From a bacterium (GTDB lineage: Bacteria > Patescibacteriota > Minisyncoccia > Phycocordibacterales > Phycocordibacteraceae), in assembly GCA_023269085.1 (NCBI GenBank), contig JAHFML010000003.1:52863-116862 (forward strand): a DNA stretch of 64,000 bases, in the 5' to 3' direction. Position numbers and translations under genes: made by a program. Under the pieces are notes generated by a model. The model saw only the letters and a list, made by a program, of their open reading frames with translations. It was not told where the DNA came from and made no database searches. Every line of letters starts with the position of its first letter. Within the stretch, counting starts at the first letter, position 1. Shown piece after piece: positions 1-9,292 of the stretch.

Positions 1-300
1 TGGCTCGACTTCAGCCCGGTGCGCGGGCACGAACAGGACGGCAGGCGACCGGCGCTTATCGTTTCTCCGCACACGTATAATGCGAAGTCGGGGCTGGCGC
101 TCGCTTGCCCCATAACCTCACAGGTAAAGGGATACCCGTTTGAGGTCGCTTTCAAAGTGAAGCAGGTGCAGGGAGTTATTCTCGTCGACCAGATCCGCGG
201 GGTGGATTGGAAGGAGCGAAGGGCGGAGAAGATCGGTGCCGTTTCCGATTCTGTCATGCATGAGGTTCAAGAGTACCTCAAGAAGCTCATCGCTGAATAA
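1..300 (+). CDS. PemK/MazF family toxin (5' end outside window)
   Basis: GHEQDGRRPALIVS and LACPITSQVKGYPFEV motifs typical of MazF/PemK. Confidence 0.9.
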   Translation, partial: WLDFSPVRGHEQDGRRPALIVSPHTYNAKSGLALACPITSQVKGYPFEVAFKVKQVQGVILVDQIRGVDWKERRAEKIGAVSDSVMHEVQEYLKKLIAE

Positions 301-433
301 CCACCATGTGACGAAGTAGTTTCCATATAAAAATGTGAAAGTCCGACTTTCCAGAAATTGGGAAGTTGAAAGTGCGAGAGTGAGCCGTCGAAGGCGACCT
401 TCGACGGCCTTCGTTTTGTGCTACAATTAGCCC

Positions 434-730
434 ATGCAACCGACGATTCAAGAAATTGCAGAGAAGGCGAAGCCCGTATTCGAGAAGTACGGCATCTCGT
501 ATGCTGCGCTCTATGGGAGCATTGCGCGCGGTGAAGCGCGCCCAGATAGCGATGCTGATCTGCTTGTCGAGTATGACCGTCCGCTTGGGTTTGAATATTT
601 CGATATGCGCCGCGAGCTTGAAGAGGGTCTCGGCCGGCCGGTCGACATCATCACCGACGCGAGCATGAACAAGTTTTTGCGTCCGTACATCGTTCCCGAC
701 CTCACCCCCATCTATGGAGAAAAGCGATAG
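434..730 (+). CDS. Minimal nucleotidyltransferase (MNT) antitoxin
   Basis: LYGSIARGEARPDSDADLLV motif; overlaps the downstream DUF86 gene. Confidence 0.9.
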   Translation: MQPTIQEIAEKAKPVFEKYGISYAALYGSIARGEARPDSDADLLVEYDRPLGFEYFDMRRELEEGLGRPVDIITDASMNKFLRPYIVPDLTPIYGEKR

Positions 731-1064
731 TCCGTACCTCGCGCAGATTGCGGAGAATGTCACGAAGATACGAGCCTTTGTCGGCGACGAAGACTTTGAC
801 GCGTTCCTCGCGGACGGGAAGACGCAGAGCGCCGTCTTGATGCAGCTCCAGCAGATCGGCGAGCTCGCGAAGCGTGTTTCGCCGCAAGCGCAAGCGGAGA
901 CGCCATCGGTGCCGTGGCGCGATGTCACTGACTTTCGCAATGTGGTGGCGCATGAATATTATTCGGTGCAGTTGCCGGTCGTGTGGGAAATCATCACCGA
1001 TCAGCTCGCGCCGCTTGAAGTCGCTTGTGTTGAATATCTGAAAGCCCACCCGATACCGGAGTAG
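714..1064 (+). CDS. HEPN/DUF86 toxin
   Basis: RNVVAHEY RX4H motif; paired with the MNT gene. Confidence 0.9.
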   Translation: MEKSDSPYLAQIAENVTKIRAFVGDEDFDAFLADGKTQSAVLMQLQQIGELAKRVSPQAQAETPSVPWRDVTDFRNVVAHEYYSVQLPVVWEIITDQLAPLEVACVEYLKAHPIPE

Positions 1065-1164
1065 GAGCCGCGGCCGGCAGAGCCGGCCGCGTGCTTGTTG
1101 ACGCTTCGGGGGCGAGGTGATACATTACTCGTACGCTCTTCGGGGCTTTATTTTTTACTGCTAC

Positions 1165-1434
1165 ATGGCAAAGACATCCCAGCTCGCGCGAATCGTCAAG
1201 AAGACGAAGCTCGTCGCTAAATATGCTGAAAAGCGCGCCGCCCTCAAGGCGGCGGGCGATGTCGCTGGTCTGCAGAAGCTCCCGAGAAACTCCTCGCCGG
1301 TCCGCTTGAAGAGCCGTTGCGCGATTACTGGTCGTTCGCGTGGCTATATGCGCGCCTTCGGCGTCTCGCGCATCCAGTTCCGCGAGATGGCGCTCGAGGG
1401 CAACATTCCGGGCGTTAAAAAAGCATCATGGTAA
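1165..1434 (+). CDS. rpsN: 30S ribosomal protein S14
   Basis: [22 protein letters not shown]...GVKKASW. Confidence 0.97.
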   Translation: MAKTSQLARIVKKTKLVAKYAEKRAALKAAGDVAGLQKLPRNSSPVRLKSRCAITGRSRGYMRAFGVSRIQFREMALEGNIPGVKKASW

Positions 1435-1832
1435 CAGACCGCATCGGCGATTTCATCATCCGCTTGCAGAACGCCGCGAAGGTGGGCAAGCGCGAGGCCA
1501 CTATGCCGTATTCGGCGCACGTGCTCGCTATCGCCAAGAAGCTCAAGAGCCTCGGCTTCATCGAGACGGTCGAGGTCGAAATAGTCGGCGATTCGACCGT
1601 GAAGAAGAACATCCTCGTCACGCTCGCCTTCGACGCGAAGGGGGCGCCGCGCTTGCGCGGCGTGAAGCGCATCAGCAAGCCGGGTCGTCGGCTCTATGTG
1701 TCCGCGGCCGAGGCGCACACGGTGAAGGGCGGTACGGGGAAGCGCATCATCTCGTCGTCGACCGGCATCGTCTCCGACGTCGAAGCCCGCAAGGGGAATG
1801 TCGGTGGCGAAAATCTCTTTGAGATCTGGTAG
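1428..1832 (+). CDS. rpsH: 30S ribosomal protein S8
   Basis: [33 protein letters not shown]. Confidence 0.97.
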   Translation: MVTDRIGDFIIRLQNAAKVGKREATMPYSAHVLAIAKKLKSLGFIETVEVEIVGDSTVKKNILVTLAFDAKGAPRLRGVKRISKPGRRLYVSAAEAHTVKGGTGKRIISSSTGIVSDVEARKGNVGGENLFEIW

Positions 1833-1846
1833 CCCTATAATACTCT

Positions 1847-2377
1847 ATGTCACGCCTCGCTAAAAAACCGATTGCCGCAGGGAAGACCGATATCTCGGTC
1901 GCGGGTGGCACCTTGACCGTGAAGGGCACCAAGGGCACCTTGACCAAGCGCGTCCACCCGACGATCGATATTGCGGTCGAAGCGGGCCACGTGACCGTCA
2001 CGCCGAAGGATCGCTCGCGGCTCGCGAAGGCGCTCACGGGCACCTTCGCCTCGCATGTGAAGAACATGGTGCAGGGCGTCGAGACGCCGTTTGTGAAGAA
2101 GCTTATCCTCGAAGGCGTCGGCTACAAGGTCGCGACCGACGGGAAGAATGTTGTGCTCACGGTCGGCTTCTCACACACGGTACCGCTCGCTATCCCCGAG
2201 GGTGTCGTGGCGAAGGTCGAGAAGAATATCATCACGCTCGAGAGCATTGATAAAGAAGTGCTCGGCCAGTTCGCCGCCAACATTCGCCGCGTGAAGCCGC
2301 CAGAGCCATATCTCGGCAAGGGCATCCGCTACGATGGCGAGGTTATCCGTCGCAAGCAGGGCAAGAAGGCCGTCTAG
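1847..2377 (+). CDS. rplF: 50S ribosomal protein L6
   Basis: MSRLAKKPI, PEPYLGKGIRY. Confidence 0.97.
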   Translation: MSRLAKKPIAAGKTDISVAGGTLTVKGTKGTLTKRVHPTIDIAVEAGHVTVTPKDRSRLAKALTGTFASHVKNMVQGVETPFVKKLILEGVGYKVATDGKNVVLTVGFSHTVPLAIPEGVVAKVEKNIITLESIDKEVLGQFAANIRRVKPPEPYLGKGIRYDGEVIRRKQGKKAV

Positions 2378-2385
2378 TCATTTAT

Positions 2386-2739
2386 ATGCAAACACACGCA
2401 CCCACCACCAAGTCTGAGCTCCGCGAGCGTCGCCACGCGCGCGTCCGCGCTATCGTGAAGGGCACTGCCGAGCGACCGCGCCTCGCCGTCTACCGGAGCA
2501 ATCGCTTTGTCTCGGCCCAGCTCATCGACGACACGGCAGGGAAGACACTCGCGGCGTCGCACGGCCGCGAGTTCAAGGGTGCGCAATCGGTGCAGGCGAA
2601 GTCGGTCGGCACCGCGATGGCCGAGAAGGCGAAGAAGCTCGGTGTCACGACGATCGTCTTCGATCGCGCCGGCTATCGCTATGGCGGGCAGGTGCAGACG
2701 CTTGCCGAAGCCGCGCGCGAAGGAGGTCTCATCTTTTAA
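2386..2739 (+). CDS. rplR: 50S ribosomal protein L18
   Basis: GTAERPRLAVYRSN, VFDRAGYRYGG, AREGGLIF. Confidence 0.97.
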   Translation: MQTHAPTTKSELRERRHARVRAIVKGTAERPRLAVYRSNRFVSAQLIDDTAGKTLAASHGREFKGAQSVQAKSVGTAMAEKAKKLGVTTIVFDRAGYRYGGQVQTLAEAAREGGLIF

Positions 2740-2742
2740 TAT

Positions 2743-3327
2743 ATGGCAACCATGACACCAGAAAAAGGAATTGGAGCAGAGGCAACCGCGACACCGATCG
2801 CCGCTACATCGGCACCAACCGCGTCGTCGCGAGGCTCACTCCGTGGCCGCGGGAGCCGGCCGGCTGGCCGTGGTGCTCGCCCGCCGCGCGAGCGCGGAGA
2901 GTTCGACTCGGTCACGATCGACGTCCGTCGCGTGGCGCGCGTTATGGCCGGCGGTCGTCGCTTCAACTTCAGCCTCGTGGTCGTCATCGGCGACAAGAAG
3001 GGTCGGGTCGGCGTCGGCCTTGGCAAGGGTGTCGACACGGCGCTCGCTATCGACAAGGCGACGCGCGACGCGAAGAAGCATCTCTTCACCGTCGCTCGTA
3101 CGCGATCAGGCTCGATCCCGCACGAAGTGATGGCGAAGTACGCCTCATCGACCGTCGAGATTATCCCGTCGGAGGGTCGCGGTCTCGTCGCCGGTACTGC
3201 CGTGCGCACCGTGCTCGATCTCGCCGGTGTCACCGATGTCGTGACCAAGATCCATTCACGTTCGAAGAACAAGCTCACGATCGCCCGCGCGACCATCGAC
3301 GCTTTGAAGCAATTGCGCACCGCCTAG
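2743..3327 (+). CDS. rpsE: 30S ribosomal protein S5
   Basis: RVARVMAGGRRFNFSLVVVIGD. Confidence 0.97.
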   Translation: MATMTPEKGIGAEATATPIAATSAPTASSRGSLRGRGSRPAGRGARPPRERGEFDSVTIDVRRVARVMAGGRRFNFSLVVVIGDKKGRVGVGLGKGVDTALAIDKATRDAKKHLFTVARTRSGSIPHEVMAKYASSTVEIIPSEGRGLVAGTAVRTVLDLAGVTDVVTKIHSRSKNKLTIARATIDALKQLRTA

Positions 3328-3337
3328 CCTCTTTACC

Positions 3338-3790
3338 ATGCAACTCAACACACTAGCTCCGAAGACAAAGAAAGAAAGCCACCCGAAGGTTGGGCGTGGC
3401 GGCAAGCGCGGTAAGACCAGCGGCAAGGGCGGCAAGGGTCAGACCGCGCGCGCCGGGCATCATATCCGCCCGGAGGTACGCGACCGGATCAAGAAACTCC
3501 CCAAGCTCCGCGGCCACGGCAAGAATCGTTCGCGCACCGTCCGCACCAATCGTATCGATGCGGCGGTCGTCAATCTCGCCGCGCTCGAAGCCGCCTTCAA
3601 AGCGGGTGAGGTCGTCTCGCCGGCAGCACTCCTCGCGAAAGGGCTCGTGCGCCGCGCGAAGGGTCGCGCGCCCGAGGTGAAGATCCTCGGCATGGGCACC
3701 TTGACCAAGGCGCTCACGATTCGCGGTTGTGTCCTCTCGGCGACCGCTCTTGCCGCGGTGCTCGCGGTCGGCGGCACCAACAATGATTAA
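3338..3790 (+). CDS. rplO: 50S ribosomal protein L15
   Basis: GRGGKRGKTSGKGGKGQTARAG; no rpmD between rpsE and rplO. Confidence 0.95.
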   Translation: MQLNTLAPKTKKESHPKVGRGGKRGKTSGKGGKGQTARAGHHIRPEVRDRIKKLPKLRGHGKNRSRTVRTNRIDAAVVNLAALEAAFKAGEVVSPAALLAKGLVRRAKGRAPEVKILGMGTLTKALTIRGCVLSATALAAVLAVGGTNND

Positions 3791-5057
3791 TTCTTTTTTG
3801 CATAAGGTGAAGCTGGCGCTCGGCGATGCCGAGATCCGCTTCCGCATCCTCTTCGTCGTCGGCGCACTCGCCATCTTCCGGCTCCTTGCGGCTATTCCCA
3901 TCCCGGGAGTCGACAAGGCGGCGCTCGCGCAATTCTTCGCGAGCAATCAGTTTTTCGGTCTTTTGAATATCTTCTCGGGCGGCGGGCTCGCGCATCTCTC
4001 TATCGTGATGCTCGGCGTCGGCCCTTACATCACCGCTTCTATCGTGATGCAGCTCGCGACGATCGTCTTCCCGCAGGTGAAGGAGGCGTACTTCGAAGAT
4101 GGCGAGGCCGGTCGCGCGAAGTTCATCGAGTGGAGCCGCCTCCTCACGATACCGATCGCGGTCTTGCAGGCTATCGGCTTCCTCTTCTTGCTTCAGAATC
4201 AGCATGTCATCGGTCACTTGAGCACCGTCGCTCTCATCGCGAACATCGCAATCGTCACAGCCGGCTCGCTCCTCCTCATGTGGATCGGTGAGCTCGTGAC
4301 CGAGTTCGGTATTGGCAACGGCGTGTCGCTCATCATCCTCGCGGGTATCCTTGCGAGTGTACCGGCGAGCATCTCGCAGAGCCTCTTCGCCGCCTCGGCC
4401 GCGAACATCCCGGCCTATCTCGGCTTCATCATTCTCGCGGCCGCGATGATCTATGCGGTGGTGGTCGTTTCGGATGCCGAGCGTTCGATACCCATAGCGT
4501 ACGCCCGCGCCGTCCGCGGTGCGGCGATGGCGCAGGGAGCCGCAACGTATCTCCCGATTCGTCTCCTCCAAGCCGGCGTGATACCCATCATCTTTGCGCT
4601 CTCGCTCCTGCTCATCCCGCAGATGGCGCTCTCGATGCTCTCGACTCTGCACGTCTCCTTCGCACAGGGCGCGGCGCTCTGGTACACCGCCTTCCTCTCC
4701 AACCCGTGGCAGTACGGCGCTATCTACTTCGCGCTCGTGGTGCTCTTTACCTACTTCTATACCGCCGTCACCTTCGAGCCGAAGCGCGTCGCCGAGAATC
4801 TCCAGAAGACCGGCGCCTTCGTCCCGGGCGTGCGCCCCGGCCGCGAGACCGAGGAGTATATCAATAACGTGGTCAATCGCGTGACGCTTCCCGGAGCCTG
4901 CTTCCTCGGCCTCCTCGCGGTCTCGCCGTCGATTATCCAAGGGCTCACCGGCGTCACGACGCTCGTCCTTGGCGGCACGGCGCTCCTCATCGCGGTGCAG
5001 GTCATCCTCGACCTCGTGAACAAGATCGACGCCCAAGTCTCGCTTCGAGAATACTAA
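3783..5057 (+). CDS. secY: Preprotein translocase subunit SecY
   Basis: LGVGPYITASIVMQL, GIGNGVSLII, GVRPG motifs; position in the spc operon. Confidence 0.97.
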   Translation: MINSFLHKVKLALGDAEIRFRILFVVGALAIFRLLAAIPIPGVDKAALAQFFASNQFFGLLNIFSGGGLAHLSIVMLGVGPYITASIVMQLATIVFPQVKEAYFEDGEAGRAKFIEWSRLLTIPIAVLQAIGFLFLLQNQHVIGHLSTVALIANIAIVTAGSLLLMWIGELVTEFGIGNGVSLIILAGILASVPASISQSLFAASAANIPAYLGFIILAAAMIYAVVVVSDAERSIPIAYARAVRGAAMAQGAATYLPIRLLQAGVIPIIFALSLLLIPQMALSMLSTLHVSFAQGAALWYTAFLSNPWQYGAIYFALVVLFTYFYTAVTFEPKRVAENLQKTGAFVPGVRPGRETEEYINNVVNRVTLPGACFLGLLAVSPSIIQGLTGVTTLVLGGTALLIAVQVILDLVNKIDAQVSLREY

Positions 5058-5101
5058 AGCACGCGCCGCTTCGCGGCGTGTGGCGTGCTACTATAACAAC
5101 C

Positions 5102-5665
5102 ATGCAACCACGCACTATTTTTTTTATCGGCAAGCCCGGCTGCGGGAAGGGGACACAGGCGAAATTACTTGCACAAGAGACCGGCTGGCAGATTGTCTCT
5201 GCTGGCGACCAGTTCCGCGCCATCGCGCTCGAGGAGACGCCGGTCGGGCATAAGATCAAGGCGCAGATGGAGGCAGGCGATCTCGCGCCGCACTGGTTCG
5301 CGATGTATCTCTATCTGAAGTCGCTCTTCGCGGCAGACGAGGGCGCGGACATCATCTTCGACGGCTTCAACCGCGAGCTCTCTGAGGCGGTGCTCGTCGT
5401 CGACTCACTCGCGTGGCTCGGGCGCCCGTTCAATATCGTGAACCTTGTCATCTCGGACGAAGAAGTTCTCGCGCGTCTCGCGAAGCGGAAGGAAATAGAG
5501 GGTCGCGCCGATGACAATGTCGTCGAGGAGCGCTTGAAGGAGTTCCATCAGCACACTGATCCTGCGATCGCGATGTTCAGAGATGCGGGCGTCCTCATCG
5601 ACGTGAACGGCGATCAGGGTATCGAAGCTATTTCGGCCGATATCCGTTCGGCACTCGGCGTCTAG
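5102..5665 (+). CDS. adk: Adenylate kinase (short LID)
   Basis: GKPGCGKGTQA P-loop, DGFNR, RADD; follows secY. Confidence 0.9.
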   Translation: MQPRTIFFIGKPGCGKGTQAKLLAQETGWQIVSAGDQFRAIALEETPVGHKIKAQMEAGDLAPHWFAMYLYLKSLFAADEGADIIFDGFNRELSEAVLVVDSLAWLGRPFNIVNLVISDEEVLARLAKRKEIEGRADDNVVEERLKEFHQHTDPAIAMFRDAGVLIDVNGDQGIEAISADIRSALGV

Positions 5666-5668
5666 CTC

Positions 5669-6436
5669 ATGATTATCAAGACCGAGGCAGAACGCGCGGC
5701 TCTCATTGAAGGCGGCAAAAGGCTCGCGGCTATTCTGCGCGCGCTCGGAGCGAAGGCCGCGCCGGGTGTCACCGCTCACGAGCTCGATGCACTCGCCGAG
5801 GAGATGATACGCACGGGCGGGGACGAGCCCTGCTTCAAGGGCTACACGCCCGAGGGGGCCGCGCGGCCGTACCCGGCCGCGCTCTGCGTCTCCATAAACG
5901 ACGAAGTCGTGCATGGCATCCCGAACGAGTCGGTGAAGATTCTAAAAGAAGGCGACATCGTCGGGCTCGACCTCGGGCTCCGGCACGGTGGCATCGTGGT
6001 CGACGCGGCTATCACGGTCGCCATCGGCGCGGTGAACGAAGAGACTCTGCGGCTCATGCGCGCGACCTCTGCCGCGCTCGCGGCGGGCATCGCGGCCGCC
6101 CTCCCGAGCGGCCGCGTCGGCGACATCGGCCACGCGATACAAGAAGTGATTGAAGACGCAGGCTTCAAAGTGGTCAAAGAGCTCGGCGGGCACGGCGTCG
6201 GCACTCTCGTGCACGAAGAGCCCTTCATCTCGAACTTCGGCAAGCGCGGCACGGGCGAGCTCCTCGAAGAGGGTATGGTGCTCGCCCTCGAGCCTATTGC
6301 TTCGGCGGGCAAGGCGGCGGTCGTTGTCGCGCCGGACGGCTACACTTTCCGTACCAAAGACGGCTCCAAGAGCGCCCACTACGAGCACACCATCTTGCTC
6401 GAGAATGGCGGCGCAACCGTGGTAACGGTTTGTTGA
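5669..6436 (+). CDS. map: Type I methionine aminopeptidase
   Basis: CVSINDEVVHGIP, GHGVG, HEEP, SAHYEHT. Confidence 0.97.
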   Translation: MIIKTEAERAALIEGGKRLAAILRALGAKAAPGVTAHELDALAEEMIRTGGDEPCFKGYTPEGAARPYPAALCVSINDEVVHGIPNESVKILKEGDIVGLDLGLRHGGIVVDAAITVAIGAVNEETLRLMRATSAALAAGIAAALPSGRVGDIGHAIQEVIEDAGFKVVKELGGHGVGTLVHEEPFISNFGKRGTGELLEEGMVLALEPIASAGKAAVVVAPDGYTFRTKDGSKSAHYEHTILLENGGATVVTVC

Positions 6437-6517
6437 TAAGCTACTTGCGGAGTAGCGGTCGGCGTACTAATATGACTTTGTGCTATCCAATTAGCAGAAA
6501 GTCTCTTTTTACATAGT

Positions 6518-7645
6518 ATGCATATTTTCCGCCGTAAATTAGAGGACCACATAGTTCAAAACATCGCATCGGGGAAGATTTTGCTCATCTTCGGTCCGCG
6601 ACAAGTTGGTAAGACAACACTAGCAAAGAGAATTCTCGCTGAATACGGAGATCCTGCGGCATACTTCAATTGCGAAGAATTGGCTGTGCGCGAACACCTC
6701 GTCGTCGGCGTCGCAGAGCGGCTCAAAGAACTTGCCGGAGATCATAAGCTCATCGTGCTTGATGAAGCGCAGACGGTCGAAAATATTGGTGCTATCCTCA
6801 AACTCTTTGCCGATACCTATCCGGATACCCAAATCATCGCGACAGGATCTTCGTCATTCGACCTTGCGAACAAAATAAACGAGCCGCTTACTGGCCGCGC
6901 TTTTTCGTATACACTCTTGCCGCTCTCGCTTGAAGAGATTGCGTCGGCAAAAGAGGTCAATCGCGACGAGCTCGACCTCCTCATGCGCTTCGGAGCGTAT
7001 CCGGCGATTGTTGCGGCAAGCACGGTCGCCGACAAAGAGCAGAATCTCAAGAATATAGCGACGAGCTATCTCTACAAAGATATTTTCACTTTTGAGAGAA
7101 TCAAGAGCCCTCTTCACTTTGAGCATCTTTTGAAACTGCTCGCGTATCAAGTTGGTTCTACTGTGTCGCTCAACGAGCTTGCCGAGAGTCTCGGCGTGAG
7201 CCGCCATACGGTCGAGAAATACCTGCGCTTGCTTGAGCAGGCGTATGTGATCCGGCGCGTGTACGCGTTCTCGCGGAACAAGAGGAACGAGATTCGTCGC
7301 GCATTTAAAGTATTCTTCTTGGATAATGGTGTGCGCAATGCGGTCATCAACGATCTGCGCGATATCGGCATGCGCGAAGATGTCGGGCCACTATTCGAGC
7401 AGATGTTCTTCGCCGAGCTGTTGAAGCAGACGACACTTGAAACGCTCTCTCCCGAGGTGCGGTTCTGGCGCACGAAGCAGGGGCTCGAGATCGACTTTAT
7501 CGTTGAGCGTGCGGGAGATCTCCGTGCCTACGAGTGTAAATGGGGTGCCGGAGAGGTATCATTTCGGGCGTTCCAAAACCGGTATCCCGACGCGCATGCA
7601 GAAGTCGTTCACCCAGAGACTTTGCTGGCGGCGTTTGCGCAATGA
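6518..7645 (+). CDS. AAA+ ATPase (AAA_14 + DUF4143)
   Basis: GPRQVGKTT, LDEAQ, TGSSSFDL, EIDFI...YECKW. Confidence 0.85.
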   Translation: MHIFRRKLEDHIVQNIASGKILLIFGPRQVGKTTLAKRILAEYGDPAAYFNCEELAVREHLVVGVAERLKELAGDHKLIVLDEAQTVENIGAILKLFADTYPDTQIIATGSSSFDLANKINEPLTGRAFSYTLLPLSLEEIASAKEVNRDELDLLMRFGAYPAIVAASTVADKEQNLKNIATSYLYKDIFTFERIKSPLHFEHLLKLLAYQVGSTVSLNELAESLGVSRHTVEKYLRLLEQAYVIRRVYAFSRNKRNEIRRAFKVFFLDNGVRNAVINDLRDIGMREDVGPLFEQMFFAELLKQTTLETLSPEVRFWRTKQGLEIDFIVERAGDLRAYECKWGAGEVSFRAFQNRYPDAHAEVVHPETLLAAFAQ

Positions 7646-7736
7646 ACATGTCCTTGCTCGAAGCGTCCGGAGCGCGTATTATCACGGCATAGCCTACAAG
7701 GCGTCCGCCAGCTGGCGGATTAATATTTTTTGAACT

Positions 7737-8213
7737 ATGGCACATCCTAAAGAAGAGAAGACGCTTATTATCTTGAAGCCGGATGCCGTGCATCGCGGTC
7801 TCATGGGCGAGATCGTCACGCGCTTTGAGCGCAAAGGGCTCAAGATTGTCGGCATGAAGATGATTCAACTCGAGGACGCGCTCATCGAGGCGCACTACGC
7901 GCACATCGCCGACAAGCCCTTCTTCGCGGGCATCAAGACCTTTATGAAGCAGTCGCCGGTGGTGGTGATGGCGCTCTCGGGCATCAACGCGGTCGCCGCG
8001 ACGCGCCTCATCGTCGGCCCGACAAAGGGCTATGAGGCCGCGGCGGGCACCATCCGCGGTGATCTCTCGCTCTCGATGCAGAGCAATATCGTGCACGCCT
8101 CTGATAGTCTTGAGTCGAGCGCAGCAGAAGTCGCACGATTCTTCAGTGAAGCCGAAATCTTCGACTACAAGCGCAACGACTTCGACTTCATCCACGCCGA
8201 CGAGGTGTTCTAG
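7737..8213 (+). CDS. ndk: Nucleoside diphosphate kinase
   Basis: ILKPDAV, GTIRGD, NIVHASDS. Confidence 0.97.
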   Translation: MAHPKEEKTLIILKPDAVHRGLMGEIVTRFERKGLKIVGMKMIQLEDALIEAHYAHIADKPFFAGIKTFMKQSPVVVMALSGINAVAATRLIVGPTKGYEAAAGTIRGDLSLSMQSNIVHASDSLESSAAEVARFFSEAEIFDYKRNDFDFIHADEVF

Positions 8214-8291
8214 CCGATAAAAGCGAGTGTTTGTGCGATAATTCAGCGTTTTCCCCACCCCTGCTTGACGGAGGGGGTATAATGAAAGGTA

Positions 8292-8449
8292 GGAGCTGTT
8301 CTCGAAAACGCAACTTGCCAATCATACGGGACTCCGACAGTTCGTGCGTCTCGGTTTGAGCACTTCGGCCTTACGGCCTCAGTATTCCGACAGTCGTGCG
8401 ATAGGTAACCCACCTGGCAAGACACAGTTGCTTCACTGAGGACAGTTCC
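8292..8449 (+). ncRNA. ssrS: Probable 6S RNA (rod-shaped intergenic ncRNA)
   Basis: TATAAT at 8278-8283; 5' GGAGCTGTTCTC pairs with 3' GAGGACAGTTCC; inner GCAAC/GTTGC and TTGCCA/TGGCAA pairings with internal loops; strong hairpin immediately downstream. Confidence 0.55.
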
Positions 8450-8487
8450 GTAGAAAATCCCATCTCTCCCGAGATGGGATTTTCTAC
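8450..8487 (+). terminator. Long hairpin, probable terminator of the ncRNA
   Basis: GTAGAAAATCCCATCTC...GAGATGGGATTTTCTAC inverted repeat. Confidence 0.7.
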
Positions 8488-8512
8488 GTCCCGAGCGCGC
8501 GTCGAGGGACTG

Positions 8513-8566
8513 CGTGCTACAGTATCCACATGCTTAAACTCACCTCATTCGGCGAGGCGGGGAAGG
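8513..8566 (+). repeat. Duplicate of the promoter and first codons of the MBL gene (other copy 9276-9329)
   Basis: 49/54 identical direct repeat that brackets an MNT-HEPN pair. Confidence 0.9.
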
Positions 8567-8592
8567 CGGCAGACTTCTCTTGGACTTGAGCG

Positions 8593-8946
8593 TCAAGGGG
8601 TTGGTAATTCTGCAAGGCATTGCTTCACACCTGTTTTGAACGGTGGCAAATCGTTCTGGATAGTATCCCACACCGCATGGATATCGACCTCGGGATACTC
8701 GTGAATGAGGAAGTCGCGCATTGCCGCGGCCGGCTTCCAGTCGATATTGGGGTACGCCTCGCGCACCGCGTCAGGGATACGCTTGACCGCTTCGCCGATA
8801 ATCTCGAGATTGCGCACGACCGCATCTTGCGTCTTCCCATCTGCGCCAAATGCCTCTGCCGACATGTCGATGGTGTACGACTCGATGCTCGTGATTGCAC
8901 CGATTATATCTGCTAGGTAGAGACGGATGTCGCGCGGAGCGGTCAT
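8593..8946 (-). CDS. HEPN/DUF86 toxin
   Basis: AVVRNLEIIGEA, RDFLIHEY. Confidence 0.9.
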   Translation of the reverse strand: MTAPRDIRLYLADIIGAITSIESYTIDMSAEAFGADGKTQDAVVRNLEIIGEAVKRIPDAVREAYPNIDWKPAAAMRDFLIHEYPEVDIHAVWDTIQNDLPPFKTGVKQCLAELPTP

Positions 8947-9221
8947 AGGATGGCGACTTCGTCTTTGAGGATGCGCTCGCGCAGGGCTGGTTTGATGGTG
9001 TCGTAGGCGATAAGGTCGACATTCTTCCCGAGTGTCGCTTCGAGCTCCTGTTTGAGCGTAAGGAACGAGAATAGTCCGTAAGGGCGCTTCATCTCGACGA
9101 GCAGATCGACATCGCGTGCAAACGGCTCGCCGCGCGCGACCGAACCGAACACTCCAGCGCGCGTTACCGCACGCCGCTTCAGTATTGGCGTCACTTTTTC
9201 TCGTACCTCTGCTATTTCCAT
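8943..9221 (-). CDS. MNT antitoxin
   Basis: VFGSVARGE...DVDLLVE. Confidence 0.9.
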   Translation of the reverse strand: MEIAEVREKVTPILKRRAVTRAGVFGSVARGEPFARDVDLLVEMKRPYGLFSFLTLKQELEATLGKNVDLIAYDTIKPALRERILKDEVAIL

Positions 9222-9292
9222 ACCTGAGAATCATACCATATTTTTGCGTGGCCGCCCCTTTAGGGTCGGCCGTGTCGTGCTACAGTACCTTC

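Noticed and set aside
3327-3338. Absence of rpmD (L30) between rpsE and rplO
   Set aside because: A known general trait of CPR bacteria, not novel.
3714-5036. Long antisense ORFs over secY, tuf, rnj, pilT and others
   Set aside because: Shadow frames expected in high-GC coding DNA; no recognisable motifs.
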